A DNA stretch of 64,000 nt from assembly GCF_004010195.1 (NCBI RefSeq), contig NC_057718.1, positions 6,073,988-6,137,987 of the forward strand, written 5' to 3'. Below are positions 12,501 to 24,500 of the stretch, in pieces. Every line of letters begins with the position of its first letter. Position 1 is the stretch's first letter. The notes under the pieces were generated by a model, which was not told the DNA's origin, did not search any database, and was given only the letters and a program-made list of their open reading frames with translations. A program made the position numbers and the translations under genes. The stretch is from Chiloscyllium plagiosum. Lineage: Eukaryota.

Positions 12501-15500
12501 AATGGTGCATTTTCTTTTTACCCAAAAAGGATCAATGATAAATGCCTTCAGACCCTTGGTCTCACACAAGGTAACAAACATGCTCCTGCACCATCTTTTA
12601 TACACTGGAGAAATTTGTTTTTCTGATGGTTATATGGACAAAAGGCACAATATAGCTGTGTTTGCTCACTAAAACATTTAAAACTAGAAATGTTCTCCTC
12701 CCACAGGCAGTTCTTGATTTCATCTCTGGCACACTGTTGAGCTATTGGAACAGAGGAGAATTAACAGATTGGAGAAGGACTGAACTGAAACTTCCAGGAT
12801 TGTTGATTCTAAATATAAAAGCAATGGGGGGCATATATAGTCACACATGGTTGTCGCTGGTATTGACCCACACTCACCCAGTTCTGGTAGAACCCCCATT
12901 TGGGTGTTTAACACTTAAGCTTTTGAGAAAAGGGCTTACTTAACCAAAAATAATTTCAGTTTCTTGATCAAAGTTTGTGAGAAGATTTGTAGCTCGGGTG
13001 CTCGTTGTTGTGGTTCTGTTCACCGAGCTGGGAATTTGCGTTGCAGACGTTTCGTCCCCTGTCTAGGTGACATCCTCAGTGCTTGGGAACCTCCTGTGAA
13101 GCGCTTCTGTGATGTTTCCTCCGGCATTTATAGTGGTTTGGCTCTGCCGCTTCCAGTTGTCAGTTCCAGCTGTCCGTTGCAGTAGTCAGTATATTGGGTC
13201 CAGTTCAATGTGCTTATTGATTTGAATCTGTGGATGAGTGCCATGCCTCTAGGAATTCCCTGGCTGTTCTCTGTTTGGCTTGTCCTATAATAGTAGTGTT
13301 GTCCCAGTCGAATTCATGTTGCTTGTCATCTGCGTGTTTCATAATCAGTTTCTTGATTATGTGACATAACTGTACCATTCAGAAAAAATAGCTAATAAAT
13401 GTTGATGTCAGTTAACAGCTTGGCATATACTCATGCCAACTAGTTGGGTATCAAATGCTCTGAACAATCAAAGATCTGCAAGGGAGGCAAAGAAGTATCG
13501 AAAAGGTTAGCACCTTTAACTCAATGAAATTGTTGTCACTTACTGGAGCCGACCTGCCCTTTGGCCCTCTAGTTTTTGCCAGCTTTCCAAGAATTTCGTA
13601 TCCGTCGGTGGTAATGTTACCGGGCGGATTTGCCGTCTTCTCTTCAACCTCTTCACAGTCCACAATCAGTTTGACAGTGTTCTGATTCACCATGAGATGA
13701 ACCTGCAAAGGGGACATTGGAAACATGAGAGTGAAATTCACATTCCACAGAATGATGTACATCTTTTTTGTATTCACTAAATGCAAGGATTCATTAAACA
13801 CAGCGTGACCCCAGTTTCGCGTCTCCTTAGTAAACTTGGTGGCCTTACTTTCAGCTGCCTGAACATTAAACCTTGGAATCTCATACTTAAACCTGTTCTC
13901 CTTCCCGTCTTTGTAAGAATTTTTGAAATCTGCATCTTTGACTAAGGTTTTGGGCTGTGTGATCAAATATCTCCTCACATAGTTTGGGGTCACAGTGTGA
14001 GTAGGTATGACTAACTGGGATGGTTTGCTAGTTTAAAGCATTATTTCAATGCAAGTTGTCTCTTTACCTGCCTCCTGTAACATCTGAAACAAACAAGTTT
14101 AAAGTAATAAACTGTCCCAATGAATTGTTTTACTTTATCAAACGAGTACGAAGAATACATTTTTGCTTCATTATGTATTCATTTTCACTGGATTGCTTTA
14201 CCGAGATCCCTAGCTGTGATATATTGTGAGGACTGCAGATGTTGGAGATCACAGGCGAGAGTGTGTTGCTGGAAAAGCCCAGCCAGTCAGGCAGCATCTA
14301 AGGAGCAGGAGAATCGATGTTTTGGGCTTAAGCCCTTCATCAGGATTGAGGCTTGTGGGCCGGGGCTGAGAGAGGCTTGTGGGTCGGGGCTGAGAGATTT
14401 ATCTCTCACCCCCAATCCACAAGCCTCATTCCTGATGAAGGGCTTGTGCCCAAAATGTCGATTTTCCTGCTCCTCAGATGCTGCCTGACCTGCTGTGATT
14501 TTCCAGCAACACACTCTCGACTGTGATATATTTACTGCAAGCATGCCTTACTTCTTTTACCATTTATTCATGGAGTCTAGGACATTGCTGGCTGGGCCTA
14601 CATTTACTGCCCATCTTGAAATGCCCTTGAGAAAGTGGTGGTGAACTGTCATCTTGAAGTGCTATAGTCCATTTTGCATAGACCTACAATGCTGCTAGGG
14701 AAGAAGTCTGAAGATATTGACTCAGCGACACTTAAGGTGTCTTGAAGTATACTTGCATATAATGACTCAACAACTGATTTGTCAGGGGTTTAGAATGTTT
14801 TCTCAGCATTGAATCTGTTAGCAGAAGAAAATGACATTTCCAGAATTACTTCTGCACACTGATGTTAGTTTATCTTTTTTTTGGTATTTTGTTTTCAAGT
14901 GTCTGTCCCTCAATTTCATCCTGAGCATACATTCTGTGCTTCCTATTGTTGCGACCAAGGCTGCAGTTAGTGAACTGTCTCTCTAAACTACATCACATAA
15001 AAATACTTTTCCAGTTACCACGGTGACAATATCTGATTGGAACAGAAGACTATAAACATAATAATTGATAATAATATCAAAGCAAAATTATTCAATGAAG
15101 ATGCAATAATTGGTTAGCACACACAGTCAGAAATATAAATACTTCTCCCTATAAATATGCACTTTGAGAGGTAAGATAAAACTCTCTGCAGAGATCAGTT
15201 TTCCACAAAGAAAAATCACATTGGCCATAATGGCTTATTCTTAAAGTATTGGATACTTTCCAGTCTGTTGCACTGATATTCTGGACAATGCTAAACATGT
15301 ACCATTGTCTCTGAAGGCTTGCAGGCACAGCTTATTCAGGAAATACAATCTTGAAATATTCTTTTCAATCACTTTTTCAAAAGAACAATTAAATTTCACC
15401 CTGAACTGACATATAAGGTTTCTTTAAAGAAAGGAGAGATAATGAGCTGGGCAGCTTGTTCATAGTAAGCTTTCTACCAACTCAGTTTGTCCTTAACTAG

Positions 15501-18500
15501 CTTCTATCTAGCTCAGCTTGTTCTTAGCAGGCTTTCGTCCATCAATACCAGATAAAACAAGAACTTCTCCAAGCCAATTAGTATTCAAAAGCAGTCTGAG
15601 TAAGGTCTATGGAAAAGAACACAGTTATTACCAGTCATTTGATTCCCTCGTCTGGAAACAAGCCCTTCAGCCCAACAAGTCCACACCGACCCTTCGAAGA
15701 GTAACCCACCCAGACCCATTTCCCTCTGACTAATGCACCTAACACTATGGGCAATTTAGCATGGCCAATTGACCTGACCTGCACATCTTTGGACTGTGGG
15801 AGGAAACCGGAGCACCCGGAGGAAACCCACGCAGACACGGGGAGAACGTGCAAACTCCACACAGACAGTCGCCCAAGGCTGGAATCAAACATGGGACCCT
15901 GGTGCTGTGAGGCAGTAATACTAAGCACTGAGCTACCGTGCCACCCGGTGATTTTTAGGAAGCCTTGTTTCAAAAGTTCTCTAATGTCCCGACAGAACGG
16001 TGGGCAGCACGGTGGCACAGTGATTAGCACTGCTGCCTCACAGCGCCAGAGACCCGGGTTCAATTCCCGCCTCAGGCGACTGACTGTGTGGAGTTTGCAC
16101 ATTCTCCCCGTGTCTGCGTGGGTTTCCTCCGGGTGCTCCGGTTTCCTCCCACAGTCCAAAGATGTGCAGGTCAGCTGAATTGGCCACGCTAAATTGCCTG
16201 TAGTGTTAGATGCAGGGGTAAATGTAGGGGTATGGGTGGGTTGTGCTTTGGCGGGTCGGTGTGGACTTGTTGGGCCGAAGGGCCTGTTTCCACACTGTAA
16301 GTAATCTAATCTAAGAACTTCCAATTACCTCTTTTGAACAAACCACTTCAGGTATGTTCACAAAACTTGAAATAAATTCATTTTTAATGCAATCTGTCAA
16401 AGTCCCCCAAGCTATATTAAATGTAAAATGTCTGTAATGCTGCAACAAATTTTAATTTTGCAGAAGAAGCCTAGAATATATTTTATGATAAATATTTGTT
16501 TTAGAAAATGTTATGTGTAGAAACATTGAAGGATGAAGGCATGATGGAGGTAGCTTTCTACACAAGACTGTATCGATACATCATTTCCAAGATGAGTCAG
16601 ATTAGACTCAAAATGTTAACTTTGTTTCTCTCTTCATAGAAGTTACCAGAATTGCTGAGTTTCTCCAGCACTTCCTGTTTAATTTTATTGAGGACCGATC
16701 ACTTATTTTTACACATAGCATAAGAAATAGATGTTCTTTCTGGTTGCATCGATTGAAATACCAGCAAGTCTTATGAAAGACAAACCTGGATGAACCAAAC
16801 TTTTCAAAGCTCAAGACGGAAAAAGGTGAAACAGCTGATGGAGATGATGAGTTCCACAGCTAGTTCTGAGCATTTGATGAATGAATCAGGAAACTGTATG
16901 ATGAATTACATTTCACCCCATGAAATAGGTAGTGTTCTCTAAGAGTACATTACACAATTTCACAAAAGTGATCACAGAAGCGCTTCACAGGATGGTCCCA
17001 AGCACTTAGGATGTCACCTAGACAGGGGACAAAACGTCTGCAACACAAATTCCCAGCTCAGCGAACAGAACCACAACAATGAGCACCCGAACTACAAATC
17101 TTCTCATAAACTTTGAACGAAAGTGATATCAGGGTTCAGGAATAAAATTCTAAGGTTACATAACCATTGGGTTGTACTCCCATAATTTCAGAAATCAGTA
17201 AGTGGGGGTGGAGGGGGTGGGTAGTTCAGATTTATTAAATTACAAGGGGCTTTTATCTATTAAGTAAATGAAAACTCATTTCCTCTGGTGAGGGCATCCA
17301 GAATAAATGGGACTCAATCACAAAAATCAAGAGTGAAAAGCACGCTTTGATCCAACGGAGGTTGTGAAAATCTGGAACTCTCTCCAAAAGACTATGATTG
17401 ATGAGTCAAATTATATTTCCCAAGACTGAGATCAAGAATTTGTATGAGGTAAAGATATTAAGGCTATGAGGGAAAGCACATACATCAATGGATTTTATGC
17501 AATGATAAACAATGATCACATTAAAAAGTAGAATAGGCTTTATGGGTAAAATTGCCTACTCCTGTTCTTATGATAAATGGTTGGGATGGATGGTGACAAG
17601 TTGGAGTTGAAGATCATCTCAATGGTAATTTTATCTTGCAGTATATCCAGGACTGCAGCAAAAAATAGTCAACCATTCATAAGGACATTGTGCAAATCTT
17701 GGACAGTCTCAAATCATAGGTATCATTCAAGGAAAAAGAACAATTTTCTTTTCTTGATAAGAAAATCTAAGTTTCGTGACGCATCTGGCAGTGGAAGGGA
17801 CATGGGAAATTTTATCTCAGAAAAGGAGTTAATGAGATTGTTTTGATGATAGTAAGATGTTGATAGAATAAGAAGGAATATCAGCAAAGAAAAGAGGTCT
17901 CTTGTCAGCCTTGCAACCAACGTAAAAGAACCTGGCCTTTGCAGAATTGAAAGAGATAGGTTTTCATTGTGTCCAAAAATGTGAGGTCAATCAGAAATGC
18001 TTTAATTTTAAGACAATAAGGCTATGCATCAAGGTTCTAAAAATGCTGATGAAGTAGAGTTAGAAAGAGGAATCGAGAAGGTAATTTCAATATGGAACAG
18101 ACTGAATGGAAGAGAACAGAAAACTGAATGATTTAAAAGCAAAGGGTTTTAAATCATTCCATTGGATTACACCACATGGAAGGTCAGACAGAGTGCACTT
18201 CCACAGCACTTTTGATTTACAGGAAACAGCAAGGCATTCCATGTGATAGAAGGAAGCAAAGATTGGACATCAAGCATAAGAAGGGGTGGAAAAGGCCGCG
18301 TGTGTTACGGTGAGAAACCAAATGTATCATTGATGGGATAAGGAAGAGATATTTACCACAATCATAGTCAAAGCACATGTCACTCTTGATCTTGATAAAT
18401 ATTGTTGAAAGGCTTGAAACCTGATCAGAATGTGAAGGGAGGTCATAACTAGCTTGTACAGGCTCAGATTCAAAACCTGACAAAGACCGCATTCAACACT

Positions 18501-21500
18501 TGATGACATGTCAATGAATATGTTTCATCAAAATAACTGATGGAGACATGGAAATGCAAATGTCAGTCTCTGTTTGGATGAGAATAATGGCAGAATCCAG
18601 CATAGTTTCTAAATTACATCTACTGTTTTTTTAAAATAAAATGAAGTGAGTATTATAGAAAGTGCTTTTGTTACACTTTCCTTCCCTTTTAAAGAGGATG
18701 ATTACTCAAGTTTGTCTGGCTTGGAGCCTTTTAATCAACGTTCAAATCTAAGCCTGGCTGTGATGTTGACCTCTGGGACTCAGGGTTGTGTCATTTCTTG
18801 TGGCTCCAGTACAGACATGAAAGGAGACTTTAACTTTTGGGACTATGCACATAAAAAAGTTTTACTTAGAACCAGAAAAACAATCCACAAGGATTGATCT
18901 TGCTTATGTAAGGATTCAGCACCCATCTTTCAAATCCGACACTTATCTTTGACTGATACCCGCCTTTAAAATGATCTTGATTGTAATTTTTCAGTCTGTT
19001 TTATTTTTAACTGCCCTCTCCCCAGTCAATCTCCAGGTCAGTGCAATCCCATCATGTTTTCTGCGTGTTTATTTTTGCTTAGTTAAACTTCACAGTCTTG
19101 GCTGATTTTAGCAAGGTTCATGTCACACAGATCTGATAAACATTTTACAGCTGTTGAGCCGTTCATCTACAGTGCCAGTACGAAAACAATCCTTTGCTTA
19201 ACTTTGGTTCAACAATGTACTTGCTGTGCTAGGTCTCATTAAGTCATAGAGCGCAGAAACAGACCCTTCCGTCCAACCAGTCCTCATCAACCATTATCCC
19301 AAACGAAACTAGTCCCACCTGTCTGCTCCTGGCCCACATCCCTCCAAACCCACCCTACTCACGTACTCATCCAAATGTCTTTTAAACATTGCCACGTACC
19401 CACGTCCACTACTTCCTCAGGAAGTTCATTCCACACGCAAACCGCCCTCTGTATAAAAAGTTGCCCCTCAATTTGTCTATTTTAAATCTTTTGCCTTTCA
19501 CCTTAAAATTGTACCCCCTCATCTTGAAATTCCCCATTCTAGTGAAAAGACAACTACCATTAACTTTATTTATACCTCACATTATTTTATAAACTTCTAC
19601 CAGGTCACCTCTCAACCTCATACACTCCAGTGAAAAAAGTTCCAGCCTATCCAGCCTTTCTTTATAACTCAAACCTTCCATACCCAGCAACATCCAGGCA
19701 AATCTCTTCTGAGCTCTGTCCAGCTTAATATCCTTTCTATTGATTAAAGTTTTTCTTAAAAACAAGTCAAAAGTTTCAGAACTGCAGCAGTTCCTATATT
19801 CCACTAGATCCCTGAGTGCTCACATCAGTGTCCAAATGGAACTGAAATTCACTCAATTCTCAGGTGTCAGGATCACTAACCCTTGCTTTATTATACATAA
19901 TCCAAGTTTCCTCAGAGTTCTTTGATGTTGTTTAAGAGAATGTTGCAGAGTTAAAAAAAATACTTATTCGACTTCAAGGAATCACTCGACTGAGTTTTGA
20001 GACTAAAAGCTGTCTATTTCATTATATTATTCAAAAGAGGACAAATTCCCAAAGCATTTCACAGCCAAATAAGTTACTTTGTCATTTGCACCAATAGGAG
20101 AGAAATCAGGCCAAGTGTTTACTATACAGGTGATTTTTCTATTGGCTGTTTTGTGGACCCTGCCAAAGCCAATTTTCATCCTAAACCTCTTCTTGGGATT
20201 TTCGAGAAAGAGATATTGCCTAAAAAACCAAGATAATTCATTATTCTTCTTCAAAAGAAAATCTACATATCCCTCTAGCTTATCTCTAGGTTTTAAGTAC
20301 AGCTGAAAAACACTGGGCTGAATTGTACTGGTTGGGGGACTGGCCCAGTTAGCTGGAAATATGTGTCACTGTCACATGCGCGGATGGTGAGCCTTCCACT
20401 CAACATTAACGTGCCAGCTGTCTGGGTGACTGGGACCAGTGCTGCCATCTGGTCCAGGGGCTGCAGCCCATTCACAGACCTGCTAGCCCAGTTGGAAAAG
20501 CCGAGCCTGGGCCACCACTGTGGGAAGCCAGGGGCCTACAGGAGGAGAGGAAATGTCTGAAATGATAGGTCCTGGTGGTCCTTCCGGGACACTGATGGAG
20601 CTGTGGCTGCTGCCTCATCTACTACCAACCCCCTTTTTGATATAACGTCCCTCTCTCCGTCACTAGAAAGCTGCCTCCATTTATCTGGCACCCTCCCTAT
20701 GAGGTAAGGAGGTGATCTTTCATCGGCAAAATACCAAAATAGTGCCAAAATGGCCCTTAATCGGGCCCTAACGTCTGCACACTACCTTTCGAATAGGCTC
20801 CCTGAATCTGATCCCTCTTTCTATAAAATTCCCCAATAATAGAGCATAGAGAGGGAACATCCTTCATTCCCATTGGTGGGGGGGCAGGCAAACTTCTGCT
20901 TAACATCTTTTATTGTGCATTACCAATTCCATGACACTACGTTACAGTATCAGCCTGGTGGGCTACGTGACAAAGGCTTTAGAATGGCATTTCTACACAT
21001 AGCTTTCAGAATCAGAAGAGCTTTCTCATAGCTCGGGCTACAACTAATCGCCAGAGTCTTTGTTCTCTGTCTTGAGTGGTTTGTTAATGGAACCCAAGCA
21101 AGTTGGCCAGGCAGAAACTAAAGGGCAGAGTTTGGATAGGATAAACGGACAAAGTCTTTTGTGAGGGAGTCTAGAACTAGAGGGCATAGGTTAAGGATGA
21201 GAGGAGAAAGATATAAAAGAGACCTAAGGGGCAACACTTTCACGCAGAGGGTGGTGCGTGTATGGAATGAGCTGCTAGAGGTTGTGGTAGAGGCTGGTAC
21301 AATTGCATTATTTAAAAGGCATCTGGATGGGTATACGAATAGGAAGGGTTTGGAGGGATATGGGCCATGTGCTGGCAAATAGGACAAGGGATATCTGGTC
21401 AGCATGGACGAGTTGGATTGAAGGTTCTGTTTCTGTGCTGTACATCTCTATGACTCTATGACTGCTCCAAACTAACAGTACTCTCTTCCAGTTCTTCTCC

Positions 21501-24500
21501 CTTTGGATATGTTCTACTCAACCTGTAACGAGATGTTATTAAACACCTCTAGAGCACATGGGACTTGAGCCCTAGGCCTCTTGGCTCAGAGGGAGGGACA
21601 CTACATCTGCATCACAAAAATCCCCTGCTCAACCAGTTCAGACATAACACACCTCTGAAACAGGTAGGATGTGAACCCAAGATTTCCAGCTCTGAGGTCT
21701 GGACAATACCACTGTGCCTCAAGAGCCCCTAGATATCTAGACAAAATACTTTCTAATCAGCCTGTAGAGAGATGTTATTACACTGGAGCAGTTAGGACTT
21801 GAAACTGGGCCTCCTGGGTCAGAGGTAAGGACACTATCACTGCATCAAAAAATCCTTAGCCATCTAGACGATTTCTTTTTAATCAACTTGCCCAGGCATG
21901 TTATGACACACCTCTGGAATAAGTAAGATTTGAACCTGAGACTCCTAGTCCAAACATAGGGACACTACGACTGCACACAAAAGAGCCTAGACAGCTGAAC
22001 AACAATAAACCATTTAACAACCATCAATTGGTTCCCTTCTGACCTTAATTACTTGTTAAATTAACATGTTCACCTGCTACATCTCAAACACTGCTCCACC
22101 TCCCTCAACCCACAAGTCAGGAGTGTCAGTTTGAAAACTGGTTTCTTTTGTTTCCTACGTTATGACATTACTTCAAAAATACTAAATTGATTCTAACATC
22201 CTTTATGAAACCTTGAGGTGGTGAAACGCACTATCATGACTGGAAAACTCTTGTGCTGAACTGTATTATGAAAATAGAAGTGGACTAATGGCTTTGGTCT
22301 GGGGCAGGAGCCCGGAACCCTCTATTTTCATAACTGCAACTGAATATTTTTCCACCAGCCCTTCCACATATGTTTGCAGATTTGCATCAATGAGAGTTAG
22401 AAGTGATTCCAAAAACATCATAACTCTTCAAGCATAAAGCCACTGTGTCTGCAATCCCTAAAGAAAACATTTATCACGTTTACCACTACAACTCTTATTT
22501 CCCCGTGGAGCTTTTTGCATTGGTTACATGGAAGGCTGTGGAATGCAATTAGTGAAATTATCAACCATTCTTCAAACAAATCTCTCATGATGTACACCAT
22601 TGAAGGCTTGTTGGGTAAATGCAAAGCTTCATAGATCTAAACCAATGAGGGCTAAACGAAAAACAGAAACTGGCATTGCTGCCAAGATACTTATTCAAAT
22701 TTGTTTTATATAGAAAGAGGGGCAAGAGTAGGTACTTGGGGTGGCACTGTGGCTCAATGGTTAGCACTGCTGCCTCACAGCACCAGGGACCTGGGTTCAA
22801 TTCCGGCCTTGGGCGACTGTCTGCGTGGAGTTTGCACATTATCCCCCAGTCTGCCTGGGTTTCCTTCGGATGCTCCAGTTTCCTCCCATAATCCAAAGAT
22901 GTGCAGGTTAGGGTGGATTGGCCATGTTCAATTGCCCATAGTTACCGGGGATGTGCAGGTTAGGGTGGATTAGCTGTCGTGGGGGGGCTTCAGGGATGGG
23001 GTGAGTCTGGGTGGGATGTTCTTTGGAGAATGGGGTGGACTTGTTGGGCTGAATGGCCTGTTTCCACACTGTAGGATTTCTATAAACTCTTGGACTTGGC
23101 CCTTCGAGCCTCATGCACCATTCAATATGATCATGGCTGATTATTCAACTCAGTATCCTCTTTCTGCTTCTCCCCACAGCCTTTGATCCCTTTAGCCTTC
23201 AGAAATATATCTAACTCCTTCTTGAAAATGTTCAATGTTTTGGCCTCAACTTTTCTCTGTGGCAGAAAATTCCACAGACTCCCACCCTCTGAATGAATGA
23301 ATTTCTCTTCATCTCAGTTTTAAATGTTTCACCCTATATTGTTAGACTGTGACCCCTGGTTCTGGACTCCCTGGTTGTAGGGAACACCCTTCCTGTGTTT
23401 ACCTTGTCTGGTCATGTTAGAATTTTATGAGATGTCTATGAGATATCTCCTCATTCTTCTAAACTCCAGTGAACTGATCCAATCTGTCCTTGTACGTCAA
23501 TCATGATATTCCCGGAATTAGTCTGGCTACTTATGAGACATAAAAACTGAAAGAACTGTGGGTGCAGTAAATCAGAAATGGACAGAGCTACCATCAGTTC
23601 TGAAGAAGGTTCATTGGACCCGAAACGATAATTCTGATTTCTCTTCACAGATGCTGCCAGACCTGCTGAGCTTTTCCAGTAACTTCTGTACTTATGAGAT
23701 ATATGTGTCAAGAGTGTGATCCTGGAAAAGCACAGCAGGTCAGGCAGCATCCAAGGAGGAAGAGAATCGACGTTTTGGGTATAAGCTCTTTGTATGTAAC
23801 CTAGGCAATACCCATAACTAATTGAACTTGAGAAGGTGATGGTGAATTGCCAATTTGAACCACACTAGCCTGTTTGTGGACGTAGGTTTGCTTGCTGAGC
23901 TGGAAGGTTCATTTTCAAGCTGGAAGGTGCATCTATAGTATATGTACATATATACTGAAGATCCAGTTGCAGGTCTATCCTATTTCAGCTGAATGCAATA
24001 AAGTCCTCTCATTAGCTCAGTGCATCGGATTGGAGGGAAACATTAAACAAAAAAACTTATCAGGATTCCTCCTATAGAGTAGTGCCAAGGGATGGTGAAC
24101 TTACATCAAGTTAAGTGATTCCAGTCAAATTGCTAAGAATAGCATTACAATCTGTGTCAGTGCCCAAAGCGGGGGAAAAGGAAGATTATAGAGTAAATCA
24201 GCCACATTCCCCATTTCTGATCATGGCATAAGGACACCCTTCTAGTAACAGACGAAATCAGGAATGGTCTTGGCTGTAAACTCTCCAAGTTTAACATAGC
24301 CTCGGATAACACTAACAATCCCTGTTGAGAGATGACAAATGGCCACTTGGATGAAATCCCGGGAGCAGCTGTTGTGTCCATGAAACTGAACCTCTGTCAG
24401 AGTTACTGCTTTCACAAGGAAAGGAGATATACCGGGAAGTATCTAAAAATGATAAATTCCACCATTTGGTTATTTTCAGCGATTCCTCTCTCAATAGTTT

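Noticed and set aside
13451..13993. 180-aa ORF as a standalone gene
   Set aside because: Only 13544-13702 is coding (a collagen exon with splice sites); the rest is intron read-through.
15635..16324. 229-aa ORF and other recurring ORFs ([18 protein letters not shown].., [16 protein letters not shown]..)
   Set aside because: Translations of SINE and Penelope terminal repeats that recur many times in the window; not genes.
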